Positions 12,801 through 24,660 of a DNA stretch of 64,000 nt are shown here, piece after piece; within the stretch, counting starts at the first letter, position 1; each line of letters begins with the position of its first letter. The stretch is from Balanoglossus misakiensis (taxonomy: Eukaryota; Animalia; Hemichordata): the NCBI GenBank assembly GCA_040954595.2, contig CM082577.2, positions 14,639,903 to 14,703,902 of the forward strand. Direction: 5' to 3'. The translations under genes and the position numbers were made by a program. The notes under the pieces were generated by a model. The model had not been told where the DNA came from. It made no database searches and saw nothing but the letters and a program-made list of their open reading frames with translations.

Positions 12801-13963
12801 TTTAGCTGTGTAGCATACATTCCTGTCGGCACTCCGTCTGTTGTAGAAGTTCAAGATTGGCGCCGTCATCGGCTGAACATTGACTTCCGCAATCACGGCA
12901 ATTGAACAATAAGCGTCAGAATGAGCGTTGATCGGAATGACATTGTTTTGAAGATTTGAAGGCATGTCTTGAAGTCCTGGTAAGTGTTAAGTTCACATGT
13001 GATGTATTTAAATGATTATACGACGATAGTTTATTTTGCTGTGCTTAAATCTGTGGAATATATATACTTGTGTCACTTTAGGGGTTAATTAAATTGAGCC
13101 AGCCCTCTTTATGAGGAGTAGGATATACATTAGCTGTAGAATATATACAGGTTTTGTTGCTCTAGACCTCTATGCCAGATGACACCCTGCTCAATGTGTT
13201 CCACACCAATACAAAATACATCTGTATTTTGAGCATTTGAAAGTGTCACATTTATCCACTGTGCAATAGAGAATAAGCATGTTTTTTTTTTTTAAGTGCG
13301 TATACAGTGCTTGGTGTAGTCGCAGCAATGCATTTTAGGATAATCAACAAATTACCTTTTAAACTGACTAATTATTGTTACACTTTACATTCTGTAGACT
13401 TCCAAAAGAGGGAACGAATCCAAAGGGTCGAGCATGATTATCAGACCATCAGACCAAGGAGCAGAAAATTTGTGAATTTTTGTGATTGCGTGATGACTGT
13501 GTTATACTTAAATTGAATTTGTAGTTGTACTAGTAGTTTTATACTTTAGTATGTGTATTAGGTGTCTCTAATTGTTGGTCGTCTTGCACAGTTGGAATGC
13601 TGTTGATCTGTTTGTTGATCATTGCCCCCTCCCCCCACCCCCTGTCGATGGCAGGCATTGAGGATGCAATATATATTTGTGTTAAATATTTTTGTTGAAT
13701 AGTACTGAGTTCAAGTTGAATTAAAGCTGCAAGCAGCGTTAGAGGGGCCCAAGGCTGTTAAAGAAGTACCCGGTAGAAGTTGGGAGGTGGTATTTATGAT
13801 GGGCATGGGTATTTTCATGTATTAACATAATAGGAAATGAAGACAGCGATGGATTTGTTTGGTTTCAATTGATAATTCATTGAAATTGGAAGCTGGTATT
13901 TTAAAATTTAGTAATAAATAAAATAAACAAAATATCATATAGTACTTGAAATCAGTAACTAAG

Positions 13964-14117
13964 TGTGATGTCCGGGGAGGGGTTATTGACAGTCGACAAC
14001 GACGGAGTTCCACAGAAGTGATGTTTATTGAATGACAACCACGCGGGAACTAACTGTTACAGGAAATCACATATACAGAGCATGTGACAATCACGTGATC
14101 ATGACAATACTATCACA
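13964..14117 (-). repeat. 3' LTR (154 bp)
   Basis: TGTGATGTCC...ATACTATCACA, same as 18814-18967; contains AATAAA on the minus strand. Confidence 0.95.
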
Positions 14118-14454
14118 TCTCCTCAACTTTAGAAGAAAACTTGTACTTTAAGTTTACAACTCGCTTTGGAAAGTATGAAATTTGCCAACACTGTCAAATT
14201 GTAATGCTTTGTGAATGATCATGTTCTAACAAACGAAAACAAAATGAACCTTAACCTTAACAAGAACTTGAGAACTTCATAACTAGGAAAATACAAATCT
14301 CCAAAAGAAAATTTGCTCTACAGAAACTCATTCCATGATGTTTGTGGACAGTCTTATGTCAATATAATCTATCCTTCTGGCATGCAATAGTCCTTGTGCC
14401 AAGGAGGTTTAGATTTTATTCTTGTTGAGCGTCTCACATAAGTACTATTGGGGT

Positions 14455-17400
14455 TTACATTTGTCTTTGTGAATTTGTCACTGGCTTTATTGGAGGAACA
14501 TTTACAATCGTTTCCAACGATGCTGTACCAGTAGGTGAAACAGGACTAGGACATGCTGGTCCAGTTGATTTCTGACTAGAACAGACGGGTTCTACTGGCA
14601 AGTTATCCAGGTTGTTATGTGTAGACAAATCATGGATATGGGGGTTACAGGATGGAACACCATTTTGAACCCTTTGAGGTTGTTCATATGTCAAATGTTT
14701 GGAGTTCCATTCAGTGTCCTGGAAGGAAAATTCTGGATATTCCTCAACATATTTCTTTACATGTCCAGTGGACCGTCTTTTTACACCTTTGGAGTTTTCC
14801 AATACTAACGCACCTCCATCTTTCTGGATGACTTTGTATGGTTCTGTCTCGAAATTGGGAGTGAGTTTGTTTTGCCTAAACGCTTGCTGGAGCAAAACAG
14901 TATCACCTTCCCTGATATCTGAGGAAGTGGCATGTCTCCTGTTGTCGGCATAGAACTTTTGTTTCATTTTCATTCTGTTGTTTCTTTCTCTCATTTGATT
15001 TGCCAATCAGACTCATTGATTGTTTGGGATGGAATTCTCAGTCTAGGAATCTTGTCCCTAAACTCTCTTCCCATCAGAGCCATAGCAGGAGATATGCCTG
15101 TCACAGTATGGGGTGTATTTCTATATTCAAATAGAAAATGTGTCAAATCTTTGTACCAACTTTTCTTTTGCAATTTAGCAATTCGTACAGACTTCAAAAT
15201 TATTTCATTCAGCCTCTCAACACTTCCATTGCTCTGAGGCCAGTATGGAATGGAATATTCATGATCAATACCTAAGTAATCAAGGAAACCTTCAAACTCG
15301 GCTGAGGTAAAAGGTGGACCATTGTCTGATTTGACACAGTAAGGCAACCCATGTGTAAGAAACATAGCTTCCATGGCTTTTATGACATGGGCAGCATCTG
15401 TTTTCTTTAACAAGACTACTTCAGGCCATCTAGAGTATAAATCAGTTACCACTAGTAATTTCTCACCATCACATACATCCAAAAGATCAACTGCTAAATC
15501 GAACCATGGTCCTTCAGGTAACTGTGTGGATATTAATGGCTCTGGGTTTGGCCTGGCACTGACCAATTGACATGGATGACAGGATTGTATCAGTTTTTCC
15601 ACATCCCTGTCCATCCCTGGCCACCAAACTCTGTCACGTAAACGAGCCTTTGTCCTCACAATTCCCTGATGACCCTGGTGTGCAATTTTCAAGATTTTTC
15701 TTTGCAAAACTTGAGGAACAACCAATCTGTTACCACGCATGATCAATCTGCCATACAACCATAATTCGTCTTTCACATGCCAATAGGGTGAAGACTTCAA
15801 TTTTGACCAATTTGCAGAGGTAATACACCTTTCAACCAATTGCAAGCTCTGGTCTTTTGCAGATTCTCTCTCAATATCACGTGGGGTAATAGCAGATGGC
15901 ATAGCCTCTAAAACAACACTACATGCAAAATCTTCAGTCTCTCTACAATACTTGTCAGATGGTTCGTCCACGGGCAATCTACTCAACATGTCCGCATAAT
16001 TATTCTTTCCCTTGATATGGGTGATATGATAATCAAATTGTTGCATATATAACAGCCATCTCTCAATTCTAGCTGAAGGGGGCTTGGAGTTAGGGCTGAA
16101 TACTTTCAATAAAGGCTTATGGTCAGTTCTGACCTCAAAATGACTGCCTAGCAGAAACTGCTGAAGTTTCTCACATGCCCATTTAACTCCAAGCGCCTCT
16201 CGCTCAAACTGAGAGTACCTTGACTCAACATGTGTAAGCTTTCTGCTAACATAGTACACTGGTTGATATGAACCATTACTTTGCATTTGTTCAAGGATTG
16301 CTCCAACACCAACGGGCGATGCATCAGAAGTGACTCGAGTTTTAGCACCCTGCTTGAAATAAGCCATGAATGGACTTGTGGTCAATTTATGTTTGATGAG
16401 ATTGAATACTTTCTCATGCTTGGGAAGCCATTCCCACTTTGCATCTTTGCGAGTCAAATCCCACAGTGGGCTTGTCACTGTTGCAAATTTATCGACATAT
16501 CTTGAGCAAAATTGAGCCAGCCCCAAGAAACTTCTCAATTCTGATTTGTCAGTTGGCGTTCGAGCTTTTACAATAGCTTTGACCTTCTCATCAGTGAGTT
16601 TCATACCCTGGGCCGTCATCAAGTGACCCATGAATATCATACTGTCTCCTAGCTTACATTTTGTAAAGTTCAGCGTTAAACCATGCTCACTAAAACGCTT
16701 GATCACTTTCTCAACTCTGGTATGCAGCTGCTCATAATTTTCAGCTACTACTCTAATATCATCATGCATGTTGTGGGCACCCTCACAGCCCTTCAAAACC
16801 TGGCTAATTAGATTTTGAAACTTTTCAGTCGCCATGTTCACACCAAAAACTAAACGCTTGTAGCGATACAAAGAGTTGGGCCCTGAAAAGGTTGTAATAT
16901 CCCTGCTCTCTTCATCGAGCTCAATTTGATGGAAAGCCATATTCATATCAAGCTTGCAAAATACCTTGGCCCCTGAAATTTCCTCTAGCGTTTCATCCAT
17001 GGTGGGAACAGGGTGTCTTTCCCTAACAATGGCTTGATTTGCTTTTCTCATGTCCAGACATAGTCTGATATCCCCACCAGGCTTTTGTACTGTTACAAGG
17101 GGGTTGACCCAAGAGGTCGGACCCGAAACCTTCTCTATTACTCCCAGCTTTTCAAGCTCGTTGAGTTTTTCAACAACTTTAGCACGGCGGTTGAAAGGAA
17201 TTCGCCGGTACTGGGCTATGGGTTTGACATTCTCATCAATATGCAAATGGAGCTTGTAGCCCTTTAACTTACCCAACCCATTAAATACCTCAGGATATTT
17301 CCTCCGCAATTCTGCAAGAATTGGCGAAGAATTATCAGCAGATATTGAATTTATCGTGTACAGATTCACATTTCCAACTCTCAACATATCTAAATTCTCA

Positions 17401-18713
17401 GAAGTACGCCGACTCAACAAAATCGGTTGATCAGCCTTGATCACTATAAAATCAGCAATACATTTCTTTTTAGTAGGTGCTTCAACATGTAAGGCACATT
17501 TACCCAATATATCTAAAGGTTTACTCGAACCATAGGTTAACACTTTATTGTTACAATTTCGAACTTTCACACCACGCTTTTCAGCAAGTCTGCGAAATTG
17601 TCTTTCACCAATGAGATTACATGTACATGTAGCACCACTGTCGATGATAACCGGCACGTGTTGATTCTCGATCTGAATACCTGTATCAGTGAGGTCCTTC
17701 CCACTGGAAGCACGGAAAGCAGCATTGAAAGCATAGTACGCTTTCTCCTCGTCAGTCTCGACGTCTGCATGGCCACCATCGGCGTTTGCATCAGTAGTCG
17801 TCTGAGCTACATTGTGTTTACCGCGACCATCACCACGCGTACGGCCACGTCCACGTGCGCTGCGGTTACCACCACGGCCTCGACTGTTGCCATTTTCACT
17901 GTCTTTAGACGGACAGTCTTCCCACTTAGCACGACAGTCTGCAGCTCTGTGTCCCGGTTTTTGACATCGGAAACACCGGTCGGATTTTTGTTCGGCATTG
18001 CGATAACTACCACTTGTACTGGCGCGACATTCACGTTGCATGTGACCTTTCCTTCCACAACGGAAACAGGCTAAGTCCGCCATTTTGTTTTTGGCGCGCG
18101 TACGTTTACCGCCAATATTGACTGCATTTGCACTCACAGCTTGAGTACCAGACACCAAAACTAGTGCATCTTTGTCGTGATACGACCGTATGATTTGTAG
18201 TAGTTTGGTAGTGTCCAAATTCTTTTCACGATACAGCTTGCTTTTTAGCACCTTGTCGCTGATGTAGAGCAAGACACGATCTCTTATCTGGTTGTCTTTT
18301 TCCGTCTCGGGAAAATCACAGTCTTTCAGTAGGTTCTTGAGACGTATTACGTAGCTGTCGACCGTCTCCCCGGACGTGGGAGTTGCGCTGTAAAACTTCT
18401 GTCTCGCCATAGGAACGTTTTTCTGCAGTTGAAAGTGTTTATCCAAACATGCTATCAACGTTGCGCAGTTTGTGACGTCACCAGTTTCATCTTCAGATTT
18501 AGTGCTAACAATGTCTCTGATGCCCGCTCCAGCCATGTGCAAAAGTAAGGCACGCTTCTGCGCATTATTTGAAACACCAGAAGCTGCTACGAACAGTTCA
18601 AATTCCTGAAGCCAACGCTCCCACCTTTGCTGAAGAGCCTCTGGTTCGCCTTCACAGTCGAATCCCGCCACTCCTGGCAGTCCGGACAGCGTTACGGGTG
18701 TAGACATTTTCAT
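14455..18713 (-). CDS. Gag-Pol polyprotein (gag, 2 CCHC knuckles, protease, RT, RNase H, integrase), frameshift near 15000 in the integrase C-terminus
   Basis: ORF 14991-18713: CFRCGRKGHMQREC, CFRCQKPGHRAADC, IIDSGAT, LDMNMAFHQ..NMHDDI, DASPVGVGA, AHQGHQG..CHPC, SDNGPPF..QSNGSVER. Continues in ORF 14455-15006 (KLTPNFETEPYKV). Confidence 0.95.
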
Positions 18714-18795
18714 GCACTCAAATCACAGCTAAAAAGTCACCAAATCTCATAAAGGTTGCTTGCGTATGTTCTTCGATAGTTAATTTAGATAACTA

Positions 18796-18810
18796 AATCC
18801 TCGTCGCCAT
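18796..18810 (-). other. Primer-binding site TGGCGACGAGGAT (likely tRNA-Ser GCU)
   Basis: Directly inside the 5' LTR; complementary to the ...ATCCTCGTCGCCA 3' end of metazoan tRNA-Ser(GCU). Confidence 0.8.
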
Positions 18811-18813
18811 TTA

Positions 18814-18967
18814 TGTGATGTCCGGGGAGGGGTTATTGACAGTCGACAACGACGGAGTTCCACAGAAGTGATGTTTATTGAATGACAACCACGCGGGAAC
18901 TAACTGTTACAGGAAATCACATATACAGAGCATGTGACAATCACGTGATCATGACAATACTATCACA
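18814..18967 (-). repeat. 5' LTR (154 bp)
   Basis: Identical to 13964-14117. Confidence 0.95.
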
Positions 18968-19085
18968 CTAAATATGTAACTAATCCTTCCCACGACACTG
19001 TTCCATGTACATACAATCACAAACAAGCATCCACCCCCCCCCCATGACGCGGCCGTCGTCGTAGACCCAAGGGGTCAGAGAAGAA

Positions 19086-19430
19086 TTGGCAAGATGTTTT
19101 CGTGCAAATGCATGGCCACGGAATCGTTCTCGTCACAGGTCTTTGTCTGCAAGTGCGAGCTCGAGGGGAACCGTCACTGCATCCCGCGTTCGGAATCGCC
19201 CAACTTGGCTTCACATTTGGGTCGCAATAGCTATAGTAGGACAAGATTGGGTTCCTACTATCCAGGAGAGGCGGGAATTGTCGATAGCCGGGCTTGGGGA
19301 GAAGAAGCTACACATGCCTGTAAATTTAAATGGACTCGAAGTCATTTAGTTTCTGAACGATGCATACCCCAAAATCGAAAATGCTGCAGGCATAGAAATT
19401 TGCAGAACCACTCGGGGTTCCAGAAAACTT
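19086..19430 (+). pseudogene. Decayed paralog of the N-terminal domain of the transposon-borne HECT ligase
   Basis: PTWLHIWVAI..DWVPTIQERRELSIAGLGEKKL..EVI*FLNDAYPKIENAAGIEICRTTRGSRKL aligns with PTWTRVWVCV..EWCPTPKQRSDLSKVGLGERRI..EVHDLLLDEYPKLSEGGGYEICRAYPGSRRL of ORF 56487-57242. In-frame stop at 19347-19349. Confidence 0.8.
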
Positions 19431-20026
19431 GAGACTATAAGATGTCCCGCAGCTGGATATACCCAAGACCATATCAGTTTGAACCTTTACGAAAAACAGC
19501 ATTCCACCCACTTGAAAATGACACTAACAGTGAGAGTGAAGACGACGAATCCACAGAATATGATACTGCCAGACTTACACATACTGATTGGTGTAAGTGT
19601 GGGAATTGCAGTACCATGTCAACTGTACCGGAATGCATCTGCTGTGTTGAACTATCTCAGGCTTAGAAGTAAGCGTCTTTTTGAGCTTATAGTCAAAGTT
19701 AAATGACGAGATGGCACTTTTACAAGAATACACGTTTTTTGCGTATTTTGTTTTTGTTTTTCTATTGCAAGATTTCTGCTCAAAACCTTTCATGTAATTT
19801 CACAATGGTTAACAAAAGAATTTCGCATGCCAAGATGGCGAAATGATTGTCGGCGTCTCTGAAGCTGGTCGGTTTACGCTTTAATGAAAATTAGTTGAAC
19901 GAAAATTTAAAATTGCGAGTTTGTGGATCACATCTATTTAAAATGAAAAAAAACCCCACAACATTTACACATAAATATTGATGAGTATGAAAAATTAATG
20001 CATGACCATATTTATTCCACCCTTAA

Positions 20027-20530
20027 AGGCACGTAAGCTGTAACTTTTGGGATAATTTTCATAATTTTTGTTTCAAACTGCACTACCATTAGTCCATGCA
20101 GATGAAGGTAGTGAACAATACACAAGCATTATAAACCCTAAATATGAGTGCATATGCAAGTTTTAACCAGATAAATAATAAACCTTTGCCGCAAGCGATT
20201 ATGGCCGCCACCGTGGGAAAATGTAAGAAACAATGAAAATGTTGCATTTCCGATTGTGAAACTTCATAAACAAAACATGATCTCATCCACTTGAGCTCAT
20301 GGAAGTAAATGTACACCACTGAGACATCAGATTTTCATTTTTCATTGCAATATTGCACTTTTTTTAAAATTGCAGGAATTTTCGTTTTTCTTTAATTTTT
20401 GGCCATTTTGTCATAAATAAGTGTTGAGCTTGATATATTAGCATGAAATAGCATTTAATAGACATAATTAAAAGCATATATGAGATTATTTAAAACTTTA
20501 ATTTTTTATCCAGTTGCAGCTTACGTGCCT
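20027..20530. mobile_element. TTAA-target MITE (Kolobok-like ends)
   Basis: TTAA-AGGCACGTAAGCTGTAACT ... AGTTGCAGCTTACGTGCCT-TTAA. Confidence 0.8.
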
Positions 20531-21590
20531 TTAATTTACAATAGATGAATGCTGCATTTCAAATACAGATTCTTTTCAGACCGTTTATCTGAATAGAGAT
20601 GTATTGGACACTACACTGAAAAGGTTGCATGATGTTAGGCATGACAAAATTGTCTATCCGCTTTCATATTTGTTTTTACCCGCCATATTTGTTTTCGAAG
20701 TTTATGTCGATTTCAGATTCAGATTTTATAACTGTAGTATCAAAATCATTTTCTTTGTAAACTCCAACAACAGCATACTGTTTAATCTTATTTTCTGTCT
20801 TAGGTGTCAGTAGGTTGGCATAATTTTCTGTATACATGACTTGATTAATTTTTCTTTTGGTTGTTATTCCTTCATTCTGTATTTAAAATTAAATTGACAA
20901 ATAAGTCTTTGTGATACACAAGTGGTAATTACTTCCAAAGTAACACCTGAAGATGTTTCAGAAGTTGCAACATCTCGGCCATCCTATCCAACCTCAGCCA
21001 CAACGCAGTCTCGGCCACATACTTTCAGCACAATGCTGATTTAAATTACAGCCATACTGACTCAATGTGCGACAACACCCAAATTTATAACGCTATGTAC
21101 TGCCTAGCCAAAACGGACTATTCTGAAAACGCAGATAGTATTACCATGTGCGTTTTCATAATAACACCATGTGCATTTTCAGAATAAGAGTATATTCATT
21201 ACGATATAAATAATTAGTCTGATGTACCAACAAAAACCGTAGTTCCGAACGAATTTCAAATTTTCCAAGTTCACACACAAACTAATTTTCCATTCGACAA
21301 TTCCATTTGATTTAATATTGTTCATAAGTTCATTTCTCGAGCAAATTTTTGCCTAAAAGTTCAGTGCAAAATCTAAGGTGTAATCCAGGGATATAAAATG
21401 ATGGTCATATCTTCAAGACCTCCACTCTGTGCAGATAGGTACGTATTACTTAACATTTTTTATTTAGTGTTCGACGAACACGCCAAGATGCGGGGTGCTC
21501 TAAAGGGGTTCCCGTAAAGATCAATAAACCGTTCTGTAATTGTGACAGATAATTGCTTTTTGAAATTAATTGCATGAATATTGATTTCTT

Positions 21591-23876
21591 TTTTTTTTTT
21601 TTTTTTTTTTATTTTTTTTTTTTTTCATTTCAAAAATACAGGACAAAAACAAAAGAGTCGACAAAGACAAGAAAAAGAAAGAAACCACAAAAAGAACACT
21701 AATCAACGAACAAGTTGACAAAAGCTCCCCATTTTTCTAGATGTATCCCCTGTCTATCATTTGTAGTGGCTACATTATCTTCTATTTTATAAATAGATTT
21801 CACATATGATTTAAACTGAAGCATGTTTGGCAAAACATTCGACACTTTACATTTAAAGATATAAGAACGTCCAATCAAAAGAATGAAATTTGCAAGTTGA
21901 CTACCCCCCTCATCTATATTACCCAGAATACAATACATTGCACTTAACCTTAGTGTATTAAGTGTAACAGTAAAAAACCACTCTTTCACTGAAATCCAAA
22001 ACCGACTAGTATAAATACAATCCCAAAAAAGATGGTAATAATCCTCTACAACATCTTTACAAAAAATACAAAGTGGGGAGTCAATTATTCGCCATTTGTA
22101 AAGCATGCGGTTTGAAGGCAAGATCTTCATTATTAGTTTGTACTGAAAATTCCAAAGCTTAATATCATTTGTTAATTTGAAAGGAAGCGAAAACACATTT
22201 TTTAAGGAAAATACTTCATCAAATACATCGTACCAATAACGTATTATGTGTGGAGAAAGCTCCTGTGGTGTTTGTAAATTCAGAAAAAAAGTGTACATCT
22301 CTCTATTGAGTTTTTTACCAGACAAACAATTGGGATTTCGAAAATTAGGCTTACATACCAGTAGTTTGGATGAGTGTGAATTCTGTACAATATTTTTCCA
22401 ATCAAGTGGTATTGCACATAATAATTGATTATACTGAAATTGTGTACAAATATTACCATATATTGTACTAAACTGCTCATAATTATAAAACTTACAATTA
22501 GCATCGATAAGATCATTAATAAAAATAACACCATTCCTTGAAAAGTTATTCCAAAATATTGGCTTATCTCAGAATTATTGCAAATTAGTTCTTGGCATAC
22601 ATCGTCTTTATCAGATACTGTAGTGGTATTATACTGCAGCCATGCTGAATAAATTTGTCTTAAGAAAACAGAATTAATGGGGTTCAAAATATGAAAATCA
22701 TCTTTTTTTAAATTGGTATAATACACTTGGGGCCCACCAAAACTGGAAAGAACAAATTTATACCATTTACTACAAAATAAACTATTGTTGCACATGATCC
22801 TCAAAAACCAGGCTGTCTTTAGCGTCAAATTAAAGGCAGGCAAATTTGTCAAATTGAGACCCCCATTTACATATGAATTGTAGATGGTATTCCTCTTAAT
22901 CTTGTCTCGCTTACCACCCCACAAAAAATTTAAAACTAAAGTTTCATACTTTTTAAAGAAGTCATTACCAGGAGATGGTAGAGACATGAGAAGATGAGTA
23001 AACTGTGAATTGACCAATGATTTTATAATTGTTACTTTCCCATAAAAAGTGAGCCCCCTACCCTGCCATGGCTGCAGTATCTTCCTCGCCTTTTCAAGCC
23101 GAGGATTAAAGTTGACAGTTACAAGATGTGATGAATTATTTGGAATGTGAATACCAAGAACATTAACATCGCCATCAGTCCATACTAAAGGAAAAGCGGT
23201 ATTGATATGGAAATCTGTGTTTTTAAGAGACCCAATGCGCAATACCTTACATTTCTCATAATTGGGTTTCAGACCAGAGAATGTAGAAAACACTTTCAAA
23301 ATATCAAGCAAAGCATTAAAAGAACAATAATCAGGTTGACTAGGAAAGTTCGTGTCATCGGCATATTGTGAAATCTTGTTATCGATAGGGCCTGTCTTTA
23401 GACCTTTAAAGTCATTACATGTTCTCACCCGTATTGCCAGCATTTCTACGGCTATTACAAATAAATATGGCGACAGTGGGCAACCCTGTCGAACACCCCG
23501 AGAAAGAATAAAATTGTCAGAAATATGACCATAATTGATAATTCGACTGGAAATATTGTTATACAAAACTTTTATCCATGACAGAAAAGAAGGACCGAAA
23601 TTAAAATACTCTAAGCTCTTAAGAATAAAATCCCATCTCAATTTGTCAAAAGCCTTCTCAAAATCAACAATGAAGACCAAACCTGGCTCTTTATTCTTCT
23701 CGTACAAATCTATAATCTCCAAAAGCCTCCTAATATTATCTGCAATAAATCTACCATGAATAAAACCAGTTTGGTCCTCATTGATAATTGTAGTAATAAC
23801 TCGTTTAACACGCAATGAGAGACTTTTGGCAAGAATGCGAGTATCACCACAAAGTAAAGTTAAAGGTCTCCAATTC
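21591..23876 (-). mobile_element. L1/Tx1-clade LINE, 5'-truncated, frameshifted ORF2 (RT plus C-terminal zinc finger)
   Basis: WRPLTLL, DFEKAFD, GVRQGCPLSP, QYADD, CIFC..EDYYHLFWDC; poly(A) tail (poly-T 21591-21625); 14-bp TSD AATATTGATTTCTT at 21577-21590 and 23877-23890. Confidence 0.93.
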
Positions 23877-24249
23877 AATATTGATTTCTTGCAGGTTTTC
23901 AATCATGTATATCTTGATGAGACCATCTTGGCGATATCAAGGGCTTGCCGTGACGATACTGATGACGATGATTTCAACCGATCCAATCAACATGCCGCCT
24001 ATCGGCAGTTTATCTTACGTCAGCATGGTGTATTGGATGTTGATGATAGGCGTGTTATACCCAGCTGTTGTGTGTGGAGGTTCAAGGACAGATACCTTGA
24101 TCCATTTAGTAATTACACAGGATTTATTCCCAATTGATTTGCATAAAATACTTTAACAATGAAGTCCTAGGACAGTTGTTTCGTTAGCCTTGCATGTGGC
24201 ACAATTTATATCTGGTAATCACTTTAGTGATATAGCCAAATGTTTGGAT

Positions 24250-24660
24250 GTTTCATTGGGAATTAGTGTTTTATCAAGACCACCATATCAGAATATTCTG
24301 AAGATGCTATATCCAATTGATGAAATGTGTCTGAATGCCAAAAATTAAATAAAAGCACTGCCTGTTAACAAAATTGGTAGTTAGAAAAGAGTGGTTACCA
24401 CCTCAGATGGCACATGGCTGACAAGAGGGAGTTACAGTAAGAATTTTACCTTTACAAATAGACATTTTCTCAACAATTCTCTATTGTACTATTTACATTT
24501 ATGTCAGCGAGGTAACGATTATATTAATGAACCATTGTATCCTGGTACATCTAAATCTGCAGAGGGATTTGCTGCTGAAAAACAGGCTAAAGATGAAAGA
24601 ATGAATGTTGAAGTAAATTGGCAGGATAATGATTCAACCAGCATAAAGATCTACAGAAAA
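24250..24660 (+). pseudogene. Degenerate Mutator-like/Kolobok-related DDE transposase fragment
   Basis: VVTTSDGTWLTRGSYSKN..LCQRG..LYPGTSKSAEG..VNWQDNDS. A degenerate YqaJ-like GIVEVKCP stretch follows at ~25460-25700. Confidence 0.55.

Larger units (their letters stand above)
13964..18967 (-). mobile_element. Ty3/Gypsy (Mag/K02A2.6-like) LTR retrotransposon, full length, recent
   Basis: Two 154-bp TG...CA LTRs identical by eye, PBS, purine tract next to the 3' LTR, gag-pol ORF. Flanks CTAAG / CTAAA (5-bp TSD with one mismatch). Confidence 0.96.
19442..24140 (+). pseudogene. P2X7 C-terminal ballast / nanor-like cysteine-rich gene remnant (exons ~19442-19668 and 23895-24137)
   Basis: PYQFEP..RLTHTDWCKCGNCSTMSTVPECICCVEL and NRSNQHAAYRQFILRQHGVL..DRRVIPSCCVWRFKDRYLDP..YTGF. 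No P2X channel domain seen; L1 inserted in the intron. Confidence 0.72.

Noticed and set aside
17598-18074. Antisense ORFs overlapping gag-pol and the LINE ORF2s
   Set aside because: Shadow frames of long coding sequences without motifs.
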